Assembly: GCA_965217015.1 (NCBI GenBank)
Contig: OZ244224.1
Location: forward strand, 1,595,067-1,659,066
Source of the DNA: Parvibaculaceae bacterium
Lineage (GTDB): Bacteria; Pseudomonadota; Alphaproteobacteria; RS24
Reading direction: 5' to 3'
Length of the DNA: 64,000 nucleotides
The notes beneath the pieces are model-generated. The model was not told the DNA's origin, made no database searches, and worked only from the letters and a program-made list of their open reading frames with translations. Position numbers and translations under genes: made by a program. Of the stretch, positions 32,848 through 41,701 are shown one piece after another (within the stretch, counting starts at the first letter, position 1; each line of letters begins with the position of its first letter).

Positions 32848-32933
32848 AAAATATCGATATCAAAAGAATAAAAAAACAGCATAAAAGACATCTGCCACTT
32901 GGCAAGTGCTTATGCTGGCCCCATATATAGCCT

Positions 32934-33131
32934 ATGAACGATAAACAAGACAGCCCTGAAACGCGCCGTCGTGCTGCTGCCCAGCGCGCTTTGGAAGAAG
33001 CGCAAGCTCGGCGTGTAGAAAAAGCAGCGCAACAATCGGCGCAACAGCCTAAAGAGACCGGCGGTCAGGAAGGCCCCGAACCCACCCGTTATGGCGATTG
33101 GGAAAAAGAGGGCATTATTTCCGATTTTTAG
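32934..33131 (+). CDS. DUF1674 family small protein (SDHAF4-like)
   Basis: 65 aa with the characteristic C-terminus EPTRYGDWEKEGIISDF. Confidence 0.8.
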   Translation: MNDKQDSPETRRRAAAQRALEEAQARRVEKAAQQSAQQPKETGGQEGPEPTRYGDWEKEGIISDF

Positions 33132-34194
33132 TCATATATTTAAGCTGGCTGCGCTGGCGCAAAAACGACAAGACGGCGGCTTCAATCAATTCGGGCTGTT
33201 CTGGCAGCAGCGCATGGCCAGCATTGGGCAGGGTGAACAGGCTTACGCGCTCTGGAAATTCTTCGCGCAAAACATCACCCGACAAAGCTGGCGGGGCAAC
33301 GCTATCCTGCGCCCCTTGAATGATAAAAAGTGGCTTACCGCCAGCGTGATACCAGTCTTGCGCGGGCGTGTTGGCGGTGGCGGCAGCTTGCGTCAAGGCT
33401 GTCGATAAACGCCAGCCCTTTATCCAATAATCAGCTATGGTGCTTGTGGGTGAAAAAAACGCATAGCGCAAGCGCGGCTCGCGCCATTGATTTGGCATAA
33501 AAAGCCATAAGCCCTGCATGAGGCTTTTTTCTGCTTTGGGGGTTAAAGGCGCAACGCCGCCTGCCGCCAATAAAATAACGGAGTCGGTTTTATCCGAATA
33601 TTTTGTGGCAAAACTGCGCGCCACGCGATTGCCAAAAGCATGGCCAATCAGAATAATCTGCGCATCAGCCAGCATTTGATTTGTATGCAAATGGGCATAC
33701 AGTGCCGCGACATCATCAGCTAAATCAAACAGGGTTATATCCTCCAGCACCACGCCGCTATCATCGCGCATGCCGCGTGGCTCAAGCAGATATGTCTCAT
33801 ATCCCGCCGCATTCAGCGCGCTGGCCAATTCGTTAAAATCGCTGGCCGGACGCGCTAAAGAGGGGATTAAAACCACCGCCTGCTCGTGCGGGGTAACGGT
33901 TTCAGGCGGGCTAGCATGGTAAAAGCTGATGGTTATTTCTCCGTGTTGTGAGGGCCGTTTGATTTGCTCCAAAGTGCCAATAGCCGCACGTGTCTGGGCG
34001 TTATGCTGATATTGGAAAAACCCAGCCATGGCTAAAATCATGCAAAAGCTCAGGCTGATAAGCAGCCATCGTAAAAGGCGTTTTTTGATGTTTTTCAAAC
34101 TTATATCCCCCAGCCTGTTTTGCTTTACCTGATAGTGCCTGATAGTGCCTTTATCTCGTCTGCCGCGCAAGCCAGTTTTAGGACTCTCCGGCAC
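33115..34194 (-). CDS. alpha/beta hydrolase with N-terminal membrane anchor; start uncertain
   Basis: The nucleophile-elbow region is LIGHAFGN, and there is a hydrophobic helix LLISLSFCMILAMAGFF. The ORF-track start is GTG at 34194. An alternative is TTG at 34098, preceded by GGGGGA. A 10-bp tandem repeat at 34128-34150 lies between the two candidate starts. Confidence 0.7.
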   Translation of the reverse strand: MPESPKTGLRGRRDKGTIRHYQVKQNRLGDISLKNIKKRLLRWLLISLSFCMILAMAGFFQYQHNAQTRAAIGTLEQIKRPSQHGEITISFYHASPPETVTPHEQAVVLIPSLARPASDFNELASALNAAGYETYLLEPRGMRDDSGVVLEDITLFDLADDVAALYAHLHTNQMLADAQIILIGHAFGNRVARSFATKYSDKTDSVILLAAGGVAPLTPKAEKSLMQGLWLFMPNQWREPRLRYAFFSPTSTIADYWIKGWRLSTALTQAAATANTPAQDWYHAGGKPLFIIQGAQDSVAPPALSGDVLREEFPERVSLFTLPNAGHALLPEQPELIEAAVLSFLRQRSQLKYMTKNRK

Positions 34195-34495
34195 ACCCCT
34201 CTCCCTGTTCCCAATCTGTTCATCTTGTCAACTCTCTTAATCTAAAATAAACTTCTATCGTTCATCTTTATTCATGCAGCCCCTATGTCGGGTTGCCTAC
34301 CCGATACAAAACCCTTGTGGGAAAAGGTAGGGTTTCTTTCCATGGATAGAGATGAACACAGCCCGGCACTTGTCGCGGCTGAACATTTATGTTGGAGAAA
34401 CAGCAATAAATAAGGTGATTGCTGTTGATTTTGTAGGCTCAAAACCGCTCATCTTTTCAGATGCAAAATCGCGCAATCTTAGTTAATCTACACCT

Positions 34496-34966
34496 ATGGC
34501 GAGAAATAAGCTCAGAATGCAACTATTGATTGTGTGCGCCACATTGATTATTGGTGTGGCTGGGTTTGCGTCTCATCTTGTGGCGAAGCCCCGCCAAAAG
34601 CAAATCTTGCCGGGCCCTTTTCAATTTGATGTTTTAGATGTTTATGATGGCGATACTTTCACGGCGCGGATTGATATTTGGCTCGGGCAGACAGTGACCG
34701 TCAAAATCCGGTTAACCGAAATTGACACGCCTGAAATGCGCGGCAAATGCGCTTATGAAACAAAACTGGCGCAACAAGCGCGGCAATTTGCAAAAAACTG
34801 GTTGCAACAAGAGGAGCTGGTTTTGACCAATGTGCATTATGGCACTTATGCGGGCCGTGTCTTGGCAACGGCGCAAACCAAAAAGGGCGAGACTTTATCT
34901 TCAGCATTGCTCAAAGCAAATTTAGCCAAGCCCTATCTTGGTCGCCGCGCGCAATGGTGCGACTAG
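34496..34966 (+). CDS. staphylococcal-nuclease-like (thermonuclease) protein with N-terminal signal/anchor
   Basis: 156 aa. VYDGDTF ... IRLTEIDTPE ... YGTYAGRVLA are SNase-fold motifs. Confidence 0.8.
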   Translation: MARNKLRMQLLIVCATLIIGVAGFASHLVAKPRQKQILPGPFQFDVLDVYDGDTFTARIDIWLGQTVTVKIRLTEIDTPEMRGKCAYETKLAQQARQFAKNWLQQEELVLTNVHYGTYAGRVLATAQTKKGETLSSALLKANLAKPYLGRRAQWCD

Positions 34967-34997
34967 GCGCTTGAGCGCAGGGCGAAAGCTTTTGCAC

Positions 34998-36941
34998 TCA
35001 ATCGCGATTTTGACGGTTTTCAATCAAATTATCGACAACCGCTGGATCCGCCAATGTTGATGTATCGCCTAAATTCGAGAAATCATTTTCGGCAATTTTA
35101 CGCAAAATCCGCCGCATGATTTTGCCCGAGCGGGTCTTGGGCAGGCTTGGTGCAAACTGAATATGGTCTGGCGTTGCGATGGGGCCTATTTCGGTGCGCA
35201 CCCATTTTACCAGCTCCGATTTCAGCTCATCACTATCCGGTGTGCCGAGATTGAGCGTGACATAGCAATAAATCCCCTGCCCTTTAATATCATGCGGATA
35301 GCCAACAACCGCCGCTTCGGCAACATGTTGATGCGCCACCAATGCACTTTCAACCTCTGCGGTGCCCAGTCGGTGGCCAGAAACATTCAACACATCATCA
35401 ACCCGTCCGGTTATCCAATAATAACCATCTTCATCACGGCGGCAGCCATCGCCGGTGAAATATTTCCCGGGATATTGAATAAAATATGTGTCAATGAAAC
35501 GCTGGTGGTCGCCATAGACCGTGCGCATCTGGCCCGGCCAGCTATCAGCAATACATAAATTGCCCGATGTTGCGCCTTCTAGCTCATGGCCCTCATTATC
35601 GACCAAAACGGGTCGAATCCCAAAAAAGGGCCGCGTTGCAGAGCCGGGCTTTAACGGCGTTGCGCCCGGCAGCGGGCTGATGAGAACGCCACCTGTTTCG
35701 GTCTGCCACCATGTATCTACAATCGGGCAACGCCCATCACCAACCTCACGATGATACCAAAGCCACGCTTCAGGGTTAATCGGTTCACCGACAGAGCCCA
35801 GCAGTCGAATGGACGAGCGGTCACAGCTTTTCACCGGCTCAACACCTTCTGCCATCAGAGCGCGCAAGGCCGTTGGCGCGGTGTAAAAAATATTAACCTG
35901 ATGTTTGTCACATACCTGCCAAAAGCGCGAGCTGTCAGGATAATTTGGCACGCCCTCAAACATAAGGGTGGTGGCGCCATTGGCCAGCGGGCCATAGACA
36001 ATATAAGAGTGGCCTGTCACCCAACCGACATCTGCGGTGCACCAGTAAATTTCACCCTCTTTATAATCAAATACATATTCATGGGTCATGGCGGCATAAA
36101 CCAAATAGCCACCGCTTGTGTGCAACACGCCTTTGGGCTTTCCGGTTGAGCCTGAGGTGTAAAGTATAAAAAGCGGGTCCTCGGCGTTCATTTCTTCCGC
36201 CGGACAATCCGCATCAACAGCTTGGCGCGCCTGATGATACCAAACATCGCGCCCGTCTTGCATATCAATACCTGAGGCGGTGCGCTCCACCACAATCACG
36301 GCGCTGACATCAGGACATTTTTCAAGTGCGGCATCAACATTGGCTTTGAGCGGAATTGTTTTACCACCGCGAACGCCTTCATCTGCGGTGATGACAAAAT
36401 GGCTATCGCAGTCCAAAATACGGCCAGCTAAAGCTTCGGGCGAGAAGCCACCAAAAACCACCGAATGTATGGCGCCAATGCGCGCACAGGCTAACATGGC
36501 ATAGGCAGCTTCTGGTATCATCGGCATATAAATGGTAACACGGTCACCTTTTTTAACGCCTTGCGCTTTCAACACATTGGCAAAAGTGCAAACCTCTGCA
36601 TGCAATTGGTGATAAGTGATATGCGCGTCTTGGCTCGGGTCATCGCCTTCCCAAATAATCGCTGTTTGGTCGCCCCGCGTTTCTAAATGGCGGTCAATGC
36701 AATTTACCGACACATTCAACGCCCCATCTTCATACCATTTCACCGACACAGCATCTTTAGAATAATGCGTGTTTTTTACTTGGCTATAGGGCTTTATCCA
36801 ATCAATCCGGCGGCCATGTTTGTCCCAAAATGCGTTTGGGTCTTGCAGGCTTTCTTCATACATAGCGAAATAGGTTTGCTCATCGGCGAGTGTATTTTGT
36901 TTCGCTGTTTCGGGGACATCGAAAATCATATCGTCGGACAT
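34998..36941 (-). CDS. acs: acetyl-CoA synthetase
   Basis: 647 aa with the [14 protein letters not shown]-binding motif and C-terminal [10 protein letters not shown]. Confidence 0.95.
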   Translation of the reverse strand: MSDDMIFDVPETAKQNTLADEQTYFAMYEESLQDPNAFWDKHGRRIDWIKPYSQVKNTHYSKDAVSVKWYEDGALNVSVNCIDRHLETRGDQTAIIWEGDDPSQDAHITYHQLHAEVCTFANVLKAQGVKKGDRVTIYMPMIPEAAYAMLACARIGAIHSVVFGGFSPEALAGRILDCDSHFVITADEGVRGGKTIPLKANVDAALEKCPDVSAVIVVERTASGIDMQDGRDVWYHQARQAVDADCPAEEMNAEDPLFILYTSGSTGKPKGVLHTSGGYLVYAAMTHEYVFDYKEGEIYWCTADVGWVTGHSYIVYGPLANGATTLMFEGVPNYPDSSRFWQVCDKHQVNIFYTAPTALRALMAEGVEPVKSCDRSSIRLLGSVGEPINPEAWLWYHREVGDGRCPIVDTWWQTETGGVLISPLPGATPLKPGSATRPFFGIRPVLVDNEGHELEGATSGNLCIADSWPGQMRTVYGDHQRFIDTYFIQYPGKYFTGDGCRRDEDGYYWITGRVDDVLNVSGHRLGTAEVESALVAHQHVAEAAVVGYPHDIKGQGIYCYVTLNLGTPDSDELKSELVKWVRTEIGPIATPDHIQFAPSLPKTRSGKIMRRILRKIAENDFSNLGDTSTLADPAVVDNLIENRQNRD

Positions 36942-38233
36942 TATAAACCCTCCTCATTGAAAATCTTTTGTTTATCGGTTTTGAAATATTTTCCGCTCAA
37001 ATAAAACATAGGCGCGGTCAAGCATGACACAAACATAAAAAATATTAAAGTTGTTGAATAAGGTGTGCTGCTGCCGCGCTCAATAAGAACATCAATCATA
37101 ATCCCCGCGCCTGTTGCACCAAATGCGAGCCCCAGTAAATTCATGGTCAAAATGAAAAAAGCAATCATGGTTGCGCGAATATGTGGCGGGGTGAGTTCTT
37201 GCACGGTTGCATAGCTGGGTCCGTAAAACATGCCAAGCTGGAAGAACCCCATAAAAATACCCAGATAAATAAGCGGGTTGTCGCCACTCACAAAGCGATA
37301 GGCAATGGTGATGGGGGCGATGAGAATAAAGGCCCAAAATAAAAACATTGGCCGCCCTGTTTTAAGCTTGGCCTGCCATAAATCGCCGAAAAAACCACCG
37401 AATAAATTGCCCAATATGCCGCCCGCTGCTGCCAGCCAACCTGCGGTAATCGCAATTTCATCGCGATCAAAATTACGCTCTTCCACCAGCCAGCGCTGGT
37501 CAAAATTAGCGGCGCCTAAAATCACATGAAAAAACACACTGGCGAGAAAAATGGATTGTAAAGAGCGCGACGCTTTAAACACCTGCCACATATCCTTGAG
37601 CGAGTCTTTCAGTGGCACAGCGGGGGCGGCTTGTGCGGCTATTTTGCGGCTTTGGCGCGTCTCGGGTATCAATAAAAGCAAAACTGCCAGCCCTACGCCT
37701 AAGCCGCCGATTAAGTAAAAACAATTGCGCCAGCCAATAAGCGGGCCCAAATAGCCAACAATCAACAAGCTTGCGGCCACGCCAACCGGCACCCCTAAAT
37801 AATAGATGCCAGAGACAAGCCCCATATGGCGGGCGGGAAAACGATCAGCCAAAATTGAAATGGAAGTTGGGGTCGCCGCACTTTCGCCAATGCCAATAAA
37901 GAGGCGGGGAATAAGCATACCAACAAAACTTTTAGCCATGCCCGTTGCGGCGGTTAAAACACTCCAAAGGGTCACGGCTGCGGCGAGCAATCTGGGGCGG
38001 TGCGTGCGGTCTGCCAAGGCGCCCATAAACAAACCCATCAGACAATAAAAAAACAAAAAAGCTATGCCGGTTAAAAACCCGAATTGTTTATTGGTGATGT
38101 TTAAATCTGGATCATCAAGAATATAATTTGAGAAGCTGGCAATAAGCTGGCGGTCAATAAAGTTGAAAATATTGATCACCATGAGCAAAGCCAAAATGGC
38201 CATATTCACAGTTCGCTGGTTTTCCTTACGCAT
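36941..38233 (-). CDS. MFS transporter, translationally coupled to acs
   Basis: 12-TM-like profile. Its stop overlaps the acs start (TAATG at 36939-36943). I prefer ATG at 38233 (MRKENQ..., after a G-run) to the GTG at 38254. Confidence 0.8.
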   Translation of the reverse strand: MRKENQRTVNMAILALLMVINIFNFIDRQLIASFSNYILDDPDLNITNKQFGFLTGIAFLFFYCLMGLFMGALADRTHRPRLLAAAVTLWSVLTAATGMAKSFVGMLIPRLFIGIGESAATPTSISILADRFPARHMGLVSGIYYLGVPVGVAASLLIVGYLGPLIGWRNCFYLIGGLGVGLAVLLLLIPETRQSRKIAAQAAPAVPLKDSLKDMWQVFKASRSLQSIFLASVFFHVILGAANFDQRWLVEERNFDRDEIAITAGWLAAAGGILGNLFGGFFGDLWQAKLKTGRPMFLFWAFILIAPITIAYRFVSGDNPLIYLGIFMGFFQLGMFYGPSYATVQELTPPHIRATMIAFFILTMNLLGLAFGATGAGIMIDVLIERGSSTPYSTTLIFFMFVSCLTAPMFYLSGKYFKTDKQKIFNEEGL

Positions 38234-38273
38234 AATCCCCCCCGATGACGCCACTTACCCGACTTCGTTCATT

Positions 38274-38299
38274 ATCTATGATGCGTATCTATGATGCGT
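38274..38299. repeat. 13-bp x 2 tandem repeat upstream of the MFS-acs pair
   Basis: ATCTATGATGCGT ATCTATGATGCGT. Confidence 0.9.
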
Positions 38300-38327
38300 C
38301 TGTCTTAGCCTGACAAATGGCGCAGGA

Positions 38328-38666
38328 TTAGGCAAGAATAATTGTGTCGCCCTTCAACTCAAACGCAATTTTATTCAGGCTTTTGCCTTTGCAGGGGCCG
38401 GTAAAGCATAAGCCGTTTTCGTCAAATTGCGCGCCATGGGCGGAGCAGATTAAAGCGCTTTTATCGAGGGTTAAAAATTTATCCGGAAATGTTTCAAGCG
38501 GCGGCCCTAAATGTGGGCAGGCATTTTCAAACAAGCATATGCCGCTATTGGAATGCCACAACACCAGATTGAAGCGCGCCGCGCCGATTTCAAAGCTTAA
38601 GCCTTTTGCACTGCCGGGCGGCAAATCTTTGAGATTATATAAAACCGTGCCTTTGGGTGGGCGCAT
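38328..38666 (-). CDS. Rieske (2Fe-2S) domain protein
   Basis: 112 aa with CPHLG ... CSAHG (CxH / CxxH ligands). Confidence 0.85.
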   Translation of the reverse strand: MRPPKGTVLYNLKDLPPGSAKGLSFEIGAARFNLVLWHSNSGICLFENACPHLGPPLETFPDKFLTLDKSALICSAHGAQFDENGLCFTGPCKGKSLNKIAFELKGDTIILA

Positions 38667-38669
38667 GGC

Positions 38670-39119
38670 TTAAAACGCGGTGCGGGTTTTGCCGCTGGGG
38701 TCAAGTCCACATAAATTGCAAACTATTTTCCATTCTTGCGCTGTTACGGGCTGCACCGAAAGCCGCGAATTATTAACCAGCACCATCTCTTCTAATCTTG
38801 GGTCGTCTTTAATTTCTTGTAGCGTGATATGGGTGGCCGCGGTCTCAACCGCGACAATATCAACCATGCCAAAGCGGCCTTTGGGGTCGGTGTGGTCCGG
38901 ATAATGTTCTTTAATCACCTCCACAGTCCCCATAATCCGTTTTTCATTCACTGAGTGGTAAAAAAATCCCATATCGCCAATTTTCATTTGCTTCATGTTT
39001 TTATTGGCCAGGAAATTGCGCACGCCGTCCCAATGCTCGCCCGCTTTGCCGCGATTACAGTGATCTTCCCAAGACCATGTATTGGGTTCGGATTTAAATA
39101 ACCAATAGGCTTTTGCCAT
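38670..39119 (-). CDS. EVE (PUA-like) domain protein
   Basis: 149 aa with YWLFKSEPNTWSW at the N-terminus. Confidence 0.8.
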   Translation of the reverse strand: MAKAYWLFKSEPNTWSWEDHCNRGKAGEHWDGVRNFLANKNMKQMKIGDMGFFYHSVNEKRIMGTVEVIKEHYPDHTDPKGRFGMVDIVAVETAATHITLQEIKDDPRLEEMVLVNNSRLSVQPVTAQEWKIVCNLCGLDPSGKTRTAF

Positions 39120-39131
39120 TTTTATCTCCTA

Positions 39132-39425
39132 TTATTTGCTCTCAAGCCCGCCATATGCGTGCAACCAGGGGTGAATTTCAGTGCGCGCAAAAAGGCCAGC
39201 GCGCTTATAGGGGTCATTCTCTGCCCAGTTTTCCGCCGCTTGCCTGTCATCACATTCCAACAAAATATGGCTGCCAATCATATCTTGCCCATCTTCGCTT
39301 AAATATGGGCCTGCAAATTTCACCTGCGGGCTGGCGTGCAAAAATGATAAATGTTTGTCGCGATTGGCCTTACGAATATGCCCTGCATTCTGCTTATCCC
39401 AACATATCAAACTATATAAAGCCAT
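39132..39425 (-). CDS. YciI family protein
   Basis: 97 aa. The size, the HLSFL ... GP motifs and the position downstream of gpsA support the call. Confidence 0.7.
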   Translation of the reverse strand: MALYSLICWDKQNAGHIRKANRDKHLSFLHASPQVKFAGPYLSEDGQDMIGSHILLECDDRQAAENWAENDPYKRAGLFARTEIHPWLHAYGGLESK

Positions 39426-39479
39426 TTTTCTACTCCGAACTTTTTTAACATGTCACTATAACAAAAAAACAGTCTGGGC

Positions 39480-40538
39480 TTAACCCTCTGTAATAACAGG
39501 GCGCGCCAGCAGTTGCACAATCGCCGCATCTACATCAAGCCGGCCATCAATAATATTGGCAATCGCCAAACATATTGGCATATCGACATCATGTTTTTGG
39601 CTTAGCTTCTGGACGGCTTGTGCGCTCAAAGCGCCCTCGCTGACAGAATTGCGCGCGGCGAGAATATCTTCGGCCTTTTGCCCCTCACCTAGCGCTATGC
39701 CGAGCGAAAAATTGCGCGAGGTCGGGCTCGAGCAGGTTAAAATTAAATCTCCCAAGCCAGACAGGCCGGCCAGCGTTTCGCGGCGCGCGCCCAATGCATC
39801 ACCCAGTCGGGTCATTTCTGCAAAGCCGCGGGCGGTCAGGGCAGCGCGCGCACTGTCGCCTAATTTTTTGCCCTGTACAATACCGCAGGCAATGGCGAGA
39901 ACATTTTTTATCGCGCCCCCAATTTCTGCGCCAATCACATCATCTGACGGATAAGCCCGAAAGGTTGGTTGCGAGAGGGCGGCGGCAAGCCTTTCACCAA
40001 ATTGAGGGTCATGGCTTGCTAATGTGATGGCGGTTGGCAAGCCTTTGGCGACATCAATGGCAAAACTCGGCCCTGATAAAACTGCAATGCGATTTGGCGC
40101 GAGATGGTCTGCCGCGACTTCGGACATAAAGCGAAGACTATCGCGCTCAACCCCTTTGGCGCATAGGGCAATCGCTGTGTCCGCTTTCAAATGGGGCTCT
40201 AATTCGGCCAGCACCACGCCCAAATGTTGGGCTGGGGCAACCATTAAAATGGCATCGCGGTCAGCCATATCGGCAAGGTGAGGGGTTGCTAAAATGTTTT
40301 CAGGCAGCGCGACATCGGGCAGGAAGATTTTGTTTTCATGTGTCTGATTGATGCTCTCGACCACCTCGGCCTCGCGTGCCCAAATTTTGGTGTCGAGGTC
40401 AGCGCGCGCCGCCACACAAGCCAGCGCGGTGCCCCATGCCCCCGCCCCGACAATTCCAATTTTTTGTATATGTTTATCTAAGCTTTGGCTGGCGGCCTGC
40501 TTCTCATCTTCTGAAAGATGCGCTGACATTTCCGTCAT
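39480..40538 (-). CDS. gpsA: NAD(P)H-dependent glycerol-3-phosphate dehydrogenase
   Basis: 352 aa. IGIVGAGAWGTALA Rossmann motif and GAIKNVLAIACG. Confidence 0.95.
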   Translation of the reverse strand: MTEMSAHLSEDEKQAASQSLDKHIQKIGIVGAGAWGTALACVAARADLDTKIWAREAEVVESINQTHENKIFLPDVALPENILATPHLADMADRDAILMVAPAQHLGVVLAELEPHLKADTAIALCAKGVERDSLRFMSEVAADHLAPNRIAVLSGPSFAIDVAKGLPTAITLASHDPQFGERLAAALSQPTFRAYPSDDVIGAEIGGAIKNVLAIACGIVQGKKLGDSARAALTARGFAEMTRLGDALGARRETLAGLSGLGDLILTCSSPTSRNFSLGIALGEGQKAEDILAARNSVSEGALSAQAVQKLSQKHDVDMPICLAIANIIDGRLDVDAAIVQLLARPVITEG

Positions 40539-40573
40539 GCGAACTCCTTTGCGTGTAAAACCGAATGAGTGAT

Positions 40574-40601
40574 GATTAAATAATTTGTTGATTATTTAAT
40601 C
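40574..40601. promoter_or_regulatory. perfect 11-bp inverted repeat, candidate TetR operator
   Basis: GATTAAATAAT-TTGTTG-ATTATTTAATC, 23 bp upstream of the TetR ATG at 40624, in the gpsA/TetR divergent region. Confidence 0.6.
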
Positions 40602-40623
40602 AATCTGGAAATATAACTATCAC

Positions 40624-41226
40624 ATGCAGGATAATGATAGCTTTATTCGAAATCAAATTATAGACGCTGCCATCGCAAGATTTGAGCATTATGGTTATTT
40701 TAAAACCACAATTGCTGAAATTGCGAAAGATTGTGACATGTCACCCGGCAATATTTATCGCTATTTCAAAGGCAAGCTTGAGATTGCGACTGAAATTGCG
40801 CGCGCAGAATCGGTGGCGCAAGTTGAGCGGTTGCGGCCTTTAATTGATTGCCAATATCGTTCGGCGCGCCAAAAGCTGGAAGAAATCATGTTTCAGGAAT
40901 TGCGCAACACATTTCACCAGCTCGAAAATAACGAAAAAGTGGTGGAGTTGGTTCAATATGTGGTGAATGAGCGGCCTCGGTTTTTGGTAGAAAGCCTGCG
41001 ACGTGAGCGGCGCGTTTTGGCGATTGTTCTGGAGCATGGGCGTAAATCCGGAGAGTTTAAGGTTGATGATGTCAGTAAGGCCGCCGCGATTTTGCAATCC
41101 GCCACGATGAAATTTCACTATCCGCAATTATTTACCCATCAAACGCTAGCTGAGCTGGAAGAAGAATTACATAATTTGCTCGATTTGATATTTGATGGTC
41201 TGGTGCAGCGGCACATCAGCGAATAA
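40624..41226 (+). CDS. TetR/AcrR family transcriptional regulator
   Basis: 200 aa with the HTH TTIAEIAKDCDMSPGNIYRYFKGK. It is visibly AT-richer than its neighbours. Confidence 0.85.
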   Translation: MQDNDSFIRNQIIDAAIARFEHYGYFKTTIAEIAKDCDMSPGNIYRYFKGKLEIATEIARAESVAQVERLRPLIDCQYRSARQKLEEIMFQELRNTFHQLENNEKVVELVQYVVNERPRFLVESLRRERRVLAIVLEHGRKSGEFKVDDVSKAAAILQSATMKFHYPQLFTHQTLAELEEELHNLLDLIFDGLVQRHISE

Positions 41227-41478
41227 ATAGCTTTGTAGCCTTAAAATTTGTCATAATATCTAAAATTTTCTAAAAAGTTTTTTGATATTTTTTGATATAA
41301 TTCTCTGAAAACCTATAAATATAAATAAAAACAACAGCTTAATTATTTTGTGTGTTTTTATAAAAAAATGAATAAAAATGAAAATATTCATTGTTTTATA
41401 TTTTTTATGTGCTATATATAAAGCTGTAAACACCTCCTTAACCAATGTTTACGAGACTCAGACCGCAAGGATAAAACG

Positions 41479-41601
41479 ATGTTAAATTTATTTGATAAAT
41501 TCAAAAACCTGCAAGCCGTGCCGACCATTATTACGGCTTTATTGGTGATTTACGGGATTGCTCTGTTAACAGATGACAGCCGTTTAATATCGATTTTATA
41601 A
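41479..41601 (+). CDS. hypothetical 40-aa hydrophobic peptide (MLNLFDKFKNLQAVPTIITALLVIYGIALLTDDSRLISIL)
   Basis: ATG preceded by AAGGA with 7-nt spacing. One TM-like segment. It is below the ORF-track size cut-off and I recognise no homology. Confidence 0.35.
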   Translation: MLNLFDKFKNLQAVPTIITALLVIYGIALLTDDSRLISIL

Positions 41602-41653
41602 ATTGTGGATTTTCATCTTTGAGACCCCCTCCCCCTCAAAGACTGATAAGCGA

Positions 41654-41690
41654 AACGCTGGTGGTTACTCCCCCACCAGCGTTTTTTATT
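41654..41690 (+). terminator. intrinsic terminator
   Basis: Perfect 11-bp stem AACGCTGGTGG / CCACCAGCGTT with an 8-nt loop, followed by TTTTTTATT. It sits 12 bp beyond the convergent tsaD stop. Confidence 0.65.
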
Positions 41691-41701
41691 GTTCTGGCGT
41701 C

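Larger units (their letters stand above)
41426..41690 (+). ncRNA. candidate structured transcript (small-ORF mRNA and/or sRNA) carrying three hairpins with anti-SD-like loops
   Basis: Hairpins at 41426-41452 (loop CCTCCTTAACCAA), 41617-41641 (loop ACCCCCTCCCC) and 41654-41683 (loop TTACTCCC, followed by a T-run). A sigma70-like TTGTTT (41391-41396) and TATATA (41413-41418) lie upstream. There is no transcript evidence. Confidence 0.3.

Noticed and set aside
41367-41392. An 8-bp inverted repeat AATGAATA-N10-TATTCATT, considered as a Fur/iron-box-like operator.
   Set aside because: It lies in extremely AT-rich sequence where such repeats arise by chance. The spacing does not match the Fur, Irr (ICE) or RirA (TGA-N9-TCA) consensus.
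41260-41445. A 61-aa minus-strand ORF in the AT-rich tract.
   Set aside because: Its Lys/Ile/Phe-only composition is what any frame of about 17% G+C DNA produces, and there is no RBS.
41227-41640. A chromosomal replication origin, considered because of the AT-rich tract near hem genes and one DnaA-box-like TGTGGATTT at about 41605.
   Set aside because: There is only a single imperfect box, no cluster of DnaA boxes and no CtrA TTAA-N7-TTAA sites. In alphaproteobacteria oriC is typically associated with hemE, not hemC/tsaD.
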